Source: Streblomastix strix
Taxonomy: Eukaryota
Length of the DNA: 33,332 bases
Assembly (NCBI GenBank): GCA_008636045.1
Contig: SNRW01000059.1
Location: forward strand, 1-33,332
Direction: 5' to 3'
Shown here: positions 10,600-23,356 of the stretch, one piece after another
Numbering within the stretch: the first letter of the stretch is position 1
Layout: every line of letters begins with the position of its first letter
Notes under the pieces: generated by a model
Database searches by the model: none
Seen by the model: only the letters and a program-made list of their open reading frames with translations
Told to the model about the DNA's origin: nothing
Position numbers and translations under genes: made by a program

Positions 10600-13500
10600 A
10601 TGTTTAAAGAAAAAATAATTATAATAAAATCAGCTAATATACTTAAGATCATGTAGCCCGTAGAAACGCATATGAATAAAGACTATAAAAAGCTAGATTA
10701 TAACGTTATTAAATTAAAAGAACAAATGATAGAAACGAATAGTATGACTAAAATTTATAAGAATATAGAAGAGAATAAGAACAATAAGAAGCAGATGTAT
10801 TTTGGACTGATTACCAAAGATAATAAGCCGAAGAAGCAAAACGAATAATGAATAAAGAACATGATTTGATGTTATTATAAGAGTCAAAGAAATTTACAAA
10901 ACCAAATAATTTTAAAGAAATATAAGAGCATTTTATATTTCCATTATATTTTACAAGCTAATAATAAATCAAAGAAATATATAATAAAATATAAAAATAT
11001 GAATGATATTAAATTAATTAAATTAAAAATGAGACAGAAACATTGCTATTATTTCCACCAATTGATAACGAAAAATTTGATTAATAGGTTAGACGTACAA
11101 GACAAGGGTTTTAACGTGAAAAGGAACTCATGTCTGACGATGGCATAAGTCCAATATAATATGAAAATTACATAGATTCTTGGGATAAAATAGAAGAATT
11201 TGTCGATATAATTTATAACAAATAAGACCATAGAGTATTTAAAATACTGTTTAATTTTAGTATTATAGTGGAAGAATTAGACCATGATAAAAATGGTAAT
11301 GAAGTTGTTAATTATAAATATTTATTGCCACGAGAAGCAAGAACATAAGCACATGCACCAAAGAATATATAAACACAAGAAGATATAGAAGAATATAAAC
11401 AATATATAAAGGCTGAGATTATTGACATGTAAAATTATAATCTGGACAGTACAAAAGAACGTCATATAGCAATTTATTCGATGATGATTAAAATATTTAA
11501 ATTGTAAAAGGTAGTGGTTGGGTCAAGTATGAAGGAATTGATTCAAAAACACTGGTTTGAATTCAAGAAAGTTTTATATAAAAATGATGGAGAAAATAAT
11601 ATGTGTTGTTATGGAAGTATTAGCCGGAGCATTAAATCATGATAAACGCAAGGCCGACGGAGGCGCAGATAATAAACGAATTAAATCAAATTCGATTATA
11701 AGCATTAGCCGTTATTATCTTGTTAAGGTATTAGACCTACGCTTCGATGCAAAAAGTAGATAAATGACTGAATTTTTAAAAACATTTGAAGGTTTAGACT
11801 TTACGAAATACTCCTAAATTATAACACAAAAGTTTATGATTAATTGGAATATATACTTTTATGATGATGAGCACAAAGTTTATCATTTGAGTGATATAAT
11901 TAAATACATTGAAGAGGAACAGGACCAAGAAGAAACGAGTGAACAATAAAATTATATCCCAACCGTTGAATTACTAATCGTTCAGGAAGAAATTGACGGA
12001 AAATTAGCTCAACACGCATTTGCTATAGCTAACAAAGAAGCACTTACTAGGTTAAAATTTTGTCCATATTGCAAGTCAAAAGGGTTTGATACTAAAAGCC
12101 CACACTTCCTAGGAGACTATGAAAAACATACTAAATAGTGTGAATAAAATTGTGGTAAAATAGTTAAAAATATTTAATTTGATTAGATATAAAAACCGTT
12201 TTGCCCATATATCACATAAAACAAAACCTACTAATATCTTTTGGCATTTGGAAGATAAAAAGAATTTATACCGACATAATACTATATAACATATGACTTG
12301 GAAACAGTGGAAAATATTGTTAATTAATAATTTGGAAAGTCAAGCAAATAGATATCCGAATTAGTGCTTTTATCTGTTGCTTCTACTATTAAAAATAAAC
12401 ATGGTATTCACACAATATATTCTGACTTTCGAATTGGAAATGATTTTATAACGCAATGGTTAAAGCAGGTGTTCAATGAGGCAGTCATCATATAACAAGA
12501 TAATCATTATTACACACCCGTAGGAACCATATACAAAAAAATGCAATATAATGTGAAGATATCAGTAATTGGATTCAATAGTTCAAAGTTTGATTTTTCG
12601 CTAATATTCAGGAATTTATAAAGAGCTGACTGGAAAATAAAGAGTAATATTGCCAGTTCAAGAATAGCCAAGCAAATAGTTGCTTAACATAAGCACTTGA
12701 ACGTTAAACTTAAATTTATTGATGTATTGACTTATTACGTACCAATTTCTTTAAAAGAATTTGCATAAACTTTTAATTCTGAAATTAATGGATAAAAAGG
12801 CGTATTTCCTTATGAATTTATAAACATTGATAACTACAAAGAAATTTTAAACTAGTCATAATCATTTCCAATAGAATCATTCAACTCTATGCTGAAAAAT
12901 ACATCAATGAAATAAAAAGAATATAATTAATATGTGTAAGATGCAAAGCTATTCAAAAACAGATGGGAATATCTTTAATATTATAATGAATAAGACAAAA
13001 AATATTGATAGAACCAATTGATGCTTTGATTCAAATGTATATGAAGTTTTACATCGATATGTTTAGTTTTATGTCAATGGTTGCATGTGCAAATGCAACT
13101 AAATATGCACTAGCTTATAAAGAGTTTAACATTAATGGTTATTATCCTAACTATATTGATAATTCGCCTAAATTTGTTTTATAATAAAGATATTGGAATA
13201 GTAAAGCATATTATTATAAAATGTAGGATTCGCAACAAAAAAGAGATACCACCAATAATGTTAAAGAGTCAGATTTCGACTATTTCAAACAACTATTTCA
13301 AAACAATAAATGTGTGATTTGTGGCGACGAATTCACATTAAATAATAAGCCAACGCTCGATAGAATTGATAATAAAAAGGGTCATTCAAAGGATAATATT
13401 TAACCGTGTGGTTTGTATTGTAATACCTTTTGTTCGAATAAAGACAAAAACATCCAAAAACTATTCATATAATTAAGGAGATTTTGCAGCTTCAACCACT

Positions 13501-15107
13501 TACCAACTAATTTAACAGACATTGATATTTATAAACTAATCAGGTAATGCATAACTGGTGGCTTGTCTAACGTGATGCATAGGGTTAATATTGCAGGGAA
13601 AGACTATATAAAGAAATTTTGGTATAATAAATAAGCTTTCAGAGAAAGCGCCACATTTAATCCTTATGACTAATCAGGCGGGATGCTTCGCACCCCTGTT
13701 ACGGTTTTAACATCTGACCATAGAATAACACATATAATAGGTATAGATTTCAACTCTTTATATCCCAGTGTTATGTCATCAGAACCTCGCAAATTCATTA
13801 AATAAACCGGTGGCAAAATGTATATGCCTGGGTCTGTTGTTAGTAAAATATTGAATAATTCCGAAGAAAATAAGCAAAAAATAATTAATATAATAAATAA
13901 CTAAAATAGATATAATAAATGGGGACAATTATTTATAGCAGAAATTAAGGGACACATCGATGAGAATTATTTGAATGATTTTATTAATTTCCCACCAATT
14001 TTAAGAAATTATGAGTTTATTACTAATGAAGAAACAATTGGTAAATACATGTACGAACATATGAAAGATAGTGGAACAAAAAATGATTAAAAATAGCGGA
14101 AATTAACAAATTTGTTATCAACAATGGACGGTTATATGTCATTTTCAAGTTATTATTTATGGTTTTTGATTGATGACTGCCATTTTATAATTGATGATGT
14201 TAAACAGTTGGTTTTGTTTGATAAACATGACAAGTTCAATGGATTTGTGAAAGAATTTACAAGCCAACGAATTTAGGCAAAAATTGAAGGGTAAAAAGGA
14301 TTAGAACAATTTTGTAAAATCAATATGAATAGCTCTTATGGAAGTGATGGTATGAATACTGAGAAATATACAAAGATAAAAATAATGAGTTAAAAACAAG
14401 CATTACAAGCCCATTTATCGAATACTTTTATGGATGATTAGAAACTTGGCGATGATGTTTATGCTGTATAAATGAATCCAGAGACATGCGCATGTAAAAC
14501 TTCTTTATAAGTTGCTTATTTTGTATTAGACAGCGCAAAGTACTGGTACCTAAATTTCATTTACAATTTCATGTATAAGTGTTTTGATATGAATAAGCTG
14601 CATTTTGTAGAAGGAGATACTGATTCAGCATATTGAACGGTCAGTGGTGATGAGAATGCCTGAATTAAATAATAGTTTAAACAAGTTATAAAAAATCAAT
14701 AGTTTTATGATGAAAAAGCCAAGTATTTTTTCCCGACGGTTGAAGGTGATTTGTTGGACGAGAAAAAGATACTTGGGTTAGCTATCGAAAGAGAAGGAAC
14801 AGAAATGATAGCATTAGCTCCAAAAAACTATTTTATAAAAATTGGTGATAAAGAAAATATAAAATTAAAAGGTGTTAATCAAAATATTAATAAAATTACT
14901 AAAGAATAAATAATGGATAATATAACCAGTGGAAAAATAACTAAATGTACGAATATGCGGTTAGGATAAAAGAATTACCAAATGAGTAAATTAGCTACAG
15001 AGAAAAATGGTATAACAGGAATTCATACAAAAATGGTGGTACTAAGTGATTAATCATGTAGTCCTTATGTATTTGGTTTGAAAGCAAGTGATTATAAGGT
15101 CTAATGA
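10600..15107 (+). pseudogene. polB: Protein-primed family B DNA polymerase with N-terminal terminal-protein/OTU-like region and HNH-like insertion; disrupted
   Basis: ExoI YDLET (12292), ExoII GFNSSKFD (12571), KGVFPYEF, ExoIII YLQYYNEQD, motif A DFNSLYPS (13746), motif B KINMNSSYG (14316), motif C GDTDS (14613), ALAPKNY and KLKGV. Frameshifts near 11605 and 13000; TGA at 14634 and 14661. The start is approximate. Confidence 0.93.
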
Positions 15108-15505
15108 AAAAATAAAAATCAAACCGGTTATTTTTATGGATAGTTTAAAAGTTTAAAGTATAAAATATATCTGCAATGAGTCGCTAATTCCAAGTCTTTA
15201 CTAATAATGGCATCATTCAAAAATTTTTCGATTTATCCAACGTTTAGCTATGACCAATGCAATTTAGGCTGTTGTTTATCCATTTTTCTTTTATAAAAAA
15301 AAAATATAACATAAACCGTTATATTTAGTGGTACCAACACTATATCAAAATAGCCCCATAATTTTTTAATTAAATTAACGATTTCGGTCAGCTGCTCAGG
15401 AATAGATACAGACAAAACAGATATAATAAAATTAACGCTATAAAATATGTAATTCATTAGACTCATAAACAAATTCAATAAGTTCATTTTATTATTTTTA
15501 AAAAC

Positions 15506-16522
15506 ATGACACTGCAAGAGATATAAAACATAACATTTTCAAACTAGGATTTACTAAACGAATATAAAACACGACCATTAACCAAAAACTCCATATTCCT
15601 TGTTAATGGAAACCATTATATTGTTGGGGCTGTTGGTAGTGGTAAAACAACATTAATGTCTAAGCTAATAGTAATATACTAAAAAGTAATCAATCCATTC
15701 ATATTATACTTTTCAAATTTTGGTGCTGACGAGACAATGGCATTAAATCTTAACAGTAAAAATATATTATTAACCAATATAACATATGGGGAAACATAGT
15801 TGTTTTTACCAGAATTTGATGAAATAAAATATTCAACAAAAGAGGTATATACTTGGTATAAATTGCATGAGTAAGGTTTCACATATACCAGTGACTTTAT
15901 TAAAAGAGTCGAAGAAAAAATAATATAATAAAATGAAGCTAAAAACAATGAAAAACCTAATGATTATCTTAATCGAATTGCTGAACTATTCAAATAAAAA
16001 GTAATCGAGACCATTAATACACATAGCTAGCCATTCAAAATATTACGTTTTGATATTCCAGCACTTATATAAAACATTAGCTATGAAAAGAAAATGAAAG
16101 TAATTGATGATAAACAAACAGTCGATATAAAAATAATGAAAATACCAGTACTTTTTAAAGCATAATTGTTAAATACACTAATGCTTTTTGATGATATTGG
16201 AAGTAATGCCGATATCTAACGTTTTAATTCTTCACTTGCTAAATCAATTACTCATTTGGTTAGTGATTCAAGACATTCAAAAAATACCATATTTTTCATA
16301 GCATAAAGACCAAGTTATTTGTTTAAAACTGCAAGGATATTATCCCATGTAATAACAGTAGTGGTTAATCTTGGAGAGAGTGATTTAAAACAAGTTGATG
16401 AAGATAAAACAATATAAAACCTTGATCTTGAAGAGTTTTTACTGTTATATTCCACATTATAAAAATATGAATTTATTATTTTAAACAAGCTTTTCAGCAA
16501 GTATGAAATATTGCGAAATTGA
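15506..16522 (+). CDS. A32/FtsK-HerA-like genome packaging ATPase (338 aa)
   Basis: Walker A GAVGSGKT (15626-15649), Walker B LMLFDD (~16181), then SRH...FFIAQ(TAA)RPSYLFKTAR. ATG and TGA are in the same frame. Confidence 0.9.
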
Positions 16523-16542
16523 TTATTTTGTATGTAAATAAA

Positions 16543-16791
16543 ATGGAATAATTGTATTAACTAGCCACAAACATTGGCCTATAATATAATGCTACGGACT
16601 ATGAAATTTTCAAAATATTTGAAGCATTAATTGAAAATGATGATATGAATGAACAAGAAAAATAAATATATCAATAGTTTAAAAGTCATTACAGTTTTTT
16701 AGAGTCTTTGCAGAATAAAACGGTGTAAATAATAGAATATATTTAATACCTCAATTTATTGATGCGGTTAAATTCATCTGATAATAATTGA
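16543..16791 (+). CDS. Hypothetical viral protein (82 aa)
   Basis: MEQLYQLATNIGLQYNATDYEIFKIFEALIENDD...; intact frame with TAAAATG start context. Confidence 0.55.
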
Positions 16792-16823
16792 CCAAACCAC
16801 TATTTTATATATCATTAACAAAT

Positions 16824-17204
16824 TCATTATACATTTTTTTCCTGCTCATTTGCTTCAGATATAATGTATTTTTTTATTTGCTATGGCTAATTGTTTTAAT
16901 CCAGTTGTTTTTTAATACAATTATACTTATTTTTATAATATTTTTCTTACTCGTTGAACAGTTTATTTTTATAATCTTCTTCATCAACATACCGCTTTAT
17001 CTGCTATAATTTATTTTACTAATTCATAAACAACTTACTTATTCTTGTTAGTTCTTAGAGTAATGGGTGTAGTATTATTTCTTTATCTTTTACTAACAAT
17101 TTTTATAGTGCATCAATTGTTGCTTTTATCGAATCATCACTTTCAAAATTTTACTTAATTACTTTATTAAACAATTATTTTATAGGGTTTTTGCATGAGG
17201 TCAT
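16824..17204 (-). CDS. Hypothetical viral protein (126 aa, helical/coiled-coil)
   Basis: MTSCKNPIKQLFNKVIKQNFESDDSIKATIDALQKLL...; intact frame. Confidence 0.55.
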
Positions 17205-17272
17205 TTATTTAAAAAAAAAATTATTGCATTACATGAACAAAATAGGATTTAGAAGTCCAAAAGAGAAAAACA

Positions 17273-19578
17273 TCATTAATTTTAGTAGTTCGGATCAAAT
17301 TATAATGTGTGGTCTCTCCAGAATACAGTAGTTCCATCACTATAAAATCCACCATCTGTTCCAAGACTTTTTATATTCCATACTATCGGATTGACTTATG
17401 AATAATTAACTGAACCGCCAGCAATAACATACTCTTTGAAAGTTAAAATATTTCCATCAGCGGAAATTAATAATCCTCTATCAGTCCATCCTTCATATCC
17501 TGCTTTACGATGACAAAACCAAGAGGATTTGCACCATTATTTCCAGTTGATCCTACCAGCCATTAGTTATCAATCTTACCAGAATTTGAATTTGGATCAC
17601 TACCTAATTATATATTACTCCATTAATTTATTTGGTTCTTACTTATTCGTATCCCTTCGTTAAATGTTCCATTAGTTGTTGGATTAACTTATATTAATTT
17701 ACCGTATGTTTTTATTCCAGTTATCGTTTAATCAGTTGGTATATCAACGAATCCATTACCATTAAATGCTAATGTTTATCCATCAGCACTAATTTGCAAA
17801 CCTCTGGTATTATCACCAGCTTATGAGGCCAACGCTATAACAAAACTTTAAGGGTTAGAAATTGCGGTATTTGGTGGTGTAAATATTGACCATTATCCTA
17901 CAATAGCATCAGTGTTATATGTTCTACTACTTCCTAACTAAATCGATGAATTACCTGAATTTTCACCAGATCTGGCTATTCTCAAACCATCATCATAACT
18001 AGTTGCTGTAGAATTTATTTATATACTATCATTTTATGTGAATTGAGCTTTATTTATAGTAAAATAGTTAGATTATAAATTAGGAAATAACTTTTATGAA
18101 CTTGTGAAATCAGTTGGCGTTTAATCAACAGGTTCCGATGTTAATATATCAGAAATACATTCGGGTTGATTGAATAGTTCAATTGTTTATGTTATCTATC
18201 CTTCATGGCAATATTTTAATAATCGAACCTATAAATCAGCTGTTTTATTTACTCCTTCAACGTAGAATAATGCAGTTGGTTTATTAACTCTTTCATTAAT
18301 GAAAATACACGGTTTATAGTTATAAATGAAACCCTCCATATCTTCATTATAGTTTAAATTTGCTTATGTTTTTCCAAATCTCTATCTACATTACATATCA
18401 AATTCAATAAATGTATATTAAAATATGGCGCTTGCGTTAAAATGACATAATTTAATATATTTATCTGTATCAGTTTAATTTGATATATTTTTTACTTTAA
18501 CACCATTAATATATTTAGTGTCACCATTAGCGCAAAGTACTTCCGTAGCCAATCTTCTAGTCTTAATAAATTTTGTAGCTGTAATGTTTCCATCATATAT
18601 TAATTACTATGGATGGACGTGGTCATTTCTACTATAAATATCACTCGTACCATTAGCCGCAGCAGTGGTATTTAATTACAGAACATAAGCAGTAGTTGGA
18701 TCAACATTTAATGGATGTTAATGTGTTGCACTAGCATATATATTAGCCGTGCATGCTGTTCCTGTTCCCGTATCTTTTAGAGGTACGTCATTACTTAGAT
18801 TTACATGATGTGTATGATAAGACCTGGAATAAGTGGTAGCAACTCCTGCCTCACCATTTGCAATATCTTTTGTAGGTAAAACAGTTGAAATTTATAAAGG
18901 ATGTTAATGGTCTCCCCTCTCATATTCATTACTAGTTCTTGCACTACCATTTGCCACACAATTTGAAGGTGTTGCATCACTTGCTGGGGTTACCTAATCA
19001 GGTACTATATCACCACTGTTATACCAACTTTATTCAGAAAGCCCACCTTGTGTACTTATTTCATACATCCATACGGTTCCACTTTCTGCACTAAAGACAA
19101 AATCATCACTAGCCGAATTAGATAAGTTTTATATAACACTATTCAACAAATAATAGCCTCAAAAAAACATCTATCTCGCTAGATCTTACTAAGTAGTTTA
19201 TATTTCACTTTTTAATCCATCAATATCTTACTTTACCCCTCCTATTGGCGACTATAGTTAATTTACTTCATTAATTAACTGGTTAATTTATGCAACCAAA
19301 TCAATGTTTATTACCTTTAAATTCTTTATTGTCAGCAGTCCATTTGGTGCTATTTTTAGTGCATAATCAGTTGCATAACCATCAACTATTTAATTATTAG
19401 CTGCATATACAAGTGCATTGTCATTATCTATAAACAGTTAACATTCATCATTTTGCAACATTTCACCGCTAAAGCTTCCCATTTTTTAATACTGTATATA
19501 ATATGCTATATCATTGGTGATAAGCTAACGAACTGTTCGGATTTGCTGCTGTATTAATGGATTATTTTAGGTAATCAT
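17273..19578 (-). pseudogene. Large phage tail-fibre-like protein (~765 codons), disrupted
   Basis: An N-terminal coiled coil precedes four HxH repeats (YERGDHQHP, YSRSYHTHH, YASATHQHP, YSRNDHVHP). These are followed by TATKFIK...LCANGD, two G(L/I)RI...GLxISADG modules and DQTITGIKT. There is a TGA at 19159-19161 and frameshifts near 17440 and 17510. Confidence 0.75.
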
Positions 19579-19614
19579 TTTAATAAAAATAAAATAAGGA
19601 ATGCGAAATATTAA

Positions 19615-19830
19615 TCATGCAACATCGGAGCTTCTTTACAAGTCGATCCACAGCTACTGCAAGGTTAGCCCAGCACCTAGTGCTCCACCAATTCCTGGGT
19701 GTATCATTCCTATAGTGCCTGATATTGTTGATAGTACCTTATGAAGAGTTGGTGCTACCCACTACGCAGCATGTTTAATACCTCCCAAAATTTTACTTCC
19801 GATGTTTGCTATACCACTGAAAAATCCCAT
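19615..19830 (-). CDS. Small Gly-rich amphipathic-helix protein, candidate membrane-penetration (adenovirus protein VI-like) peptide
   Basis: MGFFSGIANIGSKILGGIKHAAQWVAPTLHKVLSTISGTIGMIHPGIGGALGAG...; head-to-head with the putative MCP. Confidence 0.65.
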
Positions 19831-19854
19831 TTATTTATTTTTAAAAATATTAAA

Positions 19855-21842
19855 ATGTCATTCTCAGCATCTGACTACCTTTAATGACTATCCAAAATGC
19901 CACACTCCGATTACGTTAGTGGATACATACAACTTGGTTAGGTGTTAAAAACATTATCAATTCATGCCTAATCCTTCGCAATTTCTAAGCAATAATTTTT
20001 TGATTAGCCAGTAAATTAGCTTACATCATCAGGTGTTAGATATACACGTACGCCATTGGCTGCTAGAGGAACAGCAACTTGTTCAATGGAATAAACCTGC
20101 TAAGTAAATTGGACTATAACAATCCCCACAAATATATTAGCCGTATAATTAAATAGGTGTGAAGTTGCAGGAGCTACTGACGACAACTTAAGAGCAAGGG
20201 TTAATTTTAATGTGGATGATGACATCACAGCAGCCCCCGAGAATATGACATAAAACAGACAAAAAAATTATGGTAAAACTGCTGATGATGAAGAAAAAAG
20301 CGAACATCTGAAGTTTTGGTTTGGTTTCTCCACTGCTTGCGGACCCTTTAATTAGGTTGCAATATTACGAGATGCTTAAAATTTATGGAATACAACAATA
20401 TATGCAAGAGAGTAAGCAGTTATTTGTTCAAATTCATTGACAGATTTATGCATTAATAATAGCATCAACGTTTCACCACTTGAGAGTATCATTGCTGGAA
20501 AACGTCATTGTGGTATTTTTATGGGTATACCGCTTAGTGATATAGATTTATAAGCTACGGAAGCAGAAGATTAACCAAGAACACCATATTATTTTAGAAT
20601 ACCATATGATATAACTTTTAGTGATGTATTAGATTTGAACTAATTAAACCCAATTTTAACTCATTCCCCGTACTTAAAAGAAACTATGCATTATTATACT
20701 TATAGCTATGGGTGTAGGATTTCCTTTAGGATTTAAAAATTGTGTGGCTTAACAAGTCAGATACTATTAAAAACCGTCACTTGGCATATGCAATGATTCC
20801 ACCAGAGAAATCAGACATTGTTTATTTATTAAGTGAAAATGGTGCGGCTCCACTATCATATGAATATTATGCTGTTAGGCTAGTTAATATGTAAAATGTT
20901 GCGAATAATGCAATAGTACCATAAAATTCCATTAGTCAAATATCAGATGCTAAATTCGAAAAGCTAGAAATATAAAATGTATGTCTTAATATAGAAAATG
21001 AAGAAGCAATTATTCAGATGATAAAAGCATTGAGAATAATAAATTTCCTTACATAAGTTATAAGGTCTTAATCTTCAAATTTTCCCTTCAGTGGATTTTA
21101 TGCTGTTTCTGGTAGTATGTAAAGTATAATGTCATTTGCTAAAATAAAGGCACTATTCATGACATTTGCCATGCCACAATATCCTACTTGGTTTTTCCCT
21201 GTACTATTTTATAACTTTAATTTGGTTGTTGATTAAAAGAATTAAATACCATAACCATATAAAGCACTGACCCAAACAACTAATAGCTAAATATTTGATT
21301 GTTTTGTCGATTAAGATGTTGTAAGTGCTCCATCAGACCTATACCATTCACTTACTTTTGAAAATGTAAATGCTGATGATAAAAACAGTTTTTATGGATA
21401 TATTGACCCTGGAGGAAATGTAGGAGCTAATGCTAATATATTTTATAGTACATCATTATACAAAGGAAGTAAAGCCACAATAACATTATACCGAAATAAG
21501 TATATGCTGGCATGGAAAATGGCAACTGATGACACTTTTATGCATGGCTATAACTCTTCAAAAATTGGTGCAAGGACAAATATATAGTTGATTTTAAACG
21601 GAAATTTGACTAAAGGAATTATAGATACGACACAACTAATTCCTTCATAGAATTAGAATGATTTTAAGCAATTTATTGCTAAGCAAAGCTATCCAGATCC
21701 TCATTCGGTTGCACAAACGCCTATAATGCATTATTTGTGTGATGCATTTATTCGCATAACTTTTGATGATAACCCAGATCCATAAGTATTAAGCATGGAT
21801 GTTATTGGAGAGATAGGAGGTTCATCAATTAGGAGCGGTTGA
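19855..21842 (+). pseudogene. Probable double jelly-roll major capsid protein (~660 codons), disrupted
   Basis: Long beta-rich ORF including LKFWFGFSTACGPFNQVAI, LDLNQLNPI, IKALFMTFAMPQYPTWF, MLAWKMATDD and IMHYLCDAFIRITFD...SIRSG*. TGA at 19885 and a frameshift near 20660. MCP identity is inferred from size and context. Confidence 0.65.
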
Positions 21843-21912
21843 AAAAAAGTCTGCCTCTATGATTAATGAATAAAAATAATTATTTTTTCATTATTTTTGT
21901 TTATTATTCCTA

Positions 21913-22053
21913 TCAACCATATATTTAATTTCTAACCTCTTCGCTAATTTCTTCGCAATCCATTTTTATTAATGCTATCACTAATATACAACCAAGCAAA
22001 TTATTACAAGCTATAACTATTATTGATATACTAGTTATTATTTCCCAAATCAT
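21913..22053 (-). CDS. Small single-pass membrane protein (46 aa)
   Basis: MIWEIITSISIIVIACNNLLGCILVIALIKMDCEEISEEVRNQIYG*; hydrophobic N-terminal stretch. Confidence 0.5.
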
Positions 22054-22111
22054 TTATAAAAAATAAAATTAAATTTTTCACCTGCAAATTTTCGATTCAA
22101 CGGTTTCACCG

Positions 22112-22267
22112 TCAAATCTTCGATTCGCAAGCAAATTTAATTGCTGCTTCCCAAAAAGCCTTAAAGATATCATGCCAATTTATATTTAATTATTCAAGGG
22201 AATATATTATAGACTACGTGCTAATGCTTTCATTAAATCCGTTGCTTGCTTGACCGAAGGAAATCAT
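22112..22267 (-). CDS. Small hypothetical protein (51 aa)
   Basis: MISFGQASNGFNESISTQSIIYSLEQLNINWHDIFKAFWEAAIKFACESKI*; the stop falls at a hairpin/duplication junction. Confidence 0.45.
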
Positions 22268-22286
22268 TTATTTATTTTTAAAATTA

Positions 22287-23195
22287 TCAAGCTGATTAAT
22301 TAAAAACAGCGTATGATTCGCAAACCTATACACAAAAATCATCTGGTAAATTAAGCTAACACATTGTATTTATAATAGCATTTCCATTAGGATTAATGAA
22401 GTAATCAATAGGAATAGCACCATTCCAACATATAGGATAACCAATAACTTTTTACGCAAACATAACAGCATTTAAAGGTATATTATAAGGTGTTCCTGTG
22501 AATTTTGGCTTTATGACATTATTAACGATTGAAAACATAGTATAATCTGATTCTGTTAATGTATTTGGATCTGAATGAGTTATTTACAGAGATATATATA
22601 TACGTTCTTTTTATGATTTAATTGTTCCCCAAATTAAATACTCATACATTCCATAAGCAATAGACTAATATATTGCATATTCGATAGGGACGGGAGGAAG
22701 AGGTGATACAATTTAATTGTTAAATTTTAATGTCGTACAATCAAATTCAATAATTATACCCTTATAATCATATGCTTAATCTTCTTATTTTTATATCCTA
22801 AATTTTGATGAAGTTGATCCAACTTTCCATACACCATCAATATCCGATGGGTCAGCATTACAGCCCGTGAGTACGAAACTATCCCAATTATTTTTATTTT
22901 TCATTATCCGTATGCCTTAGTCTAAAATTGTATTACTCGGTTCAATAATTAATTACCCCATTGCATGAGGATAATATTTAGGCAAAAAATCCCCTATGTC
23001 TGTTGTATCACCATTAGTGAGTAAAATTTCGTTGGTTGTACCTTTGTTTTTAACGAATTTTTAAGCAAGAATAGGCTATAAAAACGTCTTTACTCCATTA
23101 ATTACTTGACTTGTATGTAAATTTACATAATAAATTGAATTCCTGAAAAAATGACTCAAATAATTAAAGTATTTAATAATTTCGTTATCTATCAT
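22287..23195 (-). CDS. Second fibre-like protein (302 aa) with a distinct C-terminal putative receptor-binding domain
   Basis: MIDNEIIKYF...QVINGVKTF...AQKFVKNKGTTNEILLTNGDT...DQGIRIMKNK...GIIIEFDCTTLKFN shares modules with 17273-19578. The frame is intact. Confidence 0.7.
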
Positions 23196-23332
23196 TTATA
23201 TAGGAGTATTTTTTACTTTGTCTAATTTTGCTATTCTTCCTGTATTTTCTATAACCTTTTTTATTCTTCCTACAAGTTTTTTAAATCATCGTCATCAATC
23301 AATGATAATTCGCTAATTGGTTAATCGTTCAT
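23192..23332 (-). CDS. Small coiled-coil ORF (46 aa), coupled by an ATGA overlap to the fibre-like gene
   Basis: MNDQPISELSLIDDDDLKNLQEEQKRLQKIQEEQQN...; its stop overlaps ATG 23195. Confidence 0.45.
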
Positions 23333-23356
23333 TTTATTATCCAAAAATAAATCACA

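Noticed and set aside
14634..14663. TGA read as Trp (all three stops reassigned)
   Set aside because: Internal TGAs also fall at probable Gly/Arg positions and co-occur with frameshifts, while intact ORFs end in TGA. Decay is the simpler explanation.
15136..15505. Possible ORF between polB and the ATPase
   Set aside because: The reading frame and end could not be fixed, and no motif was recognised.
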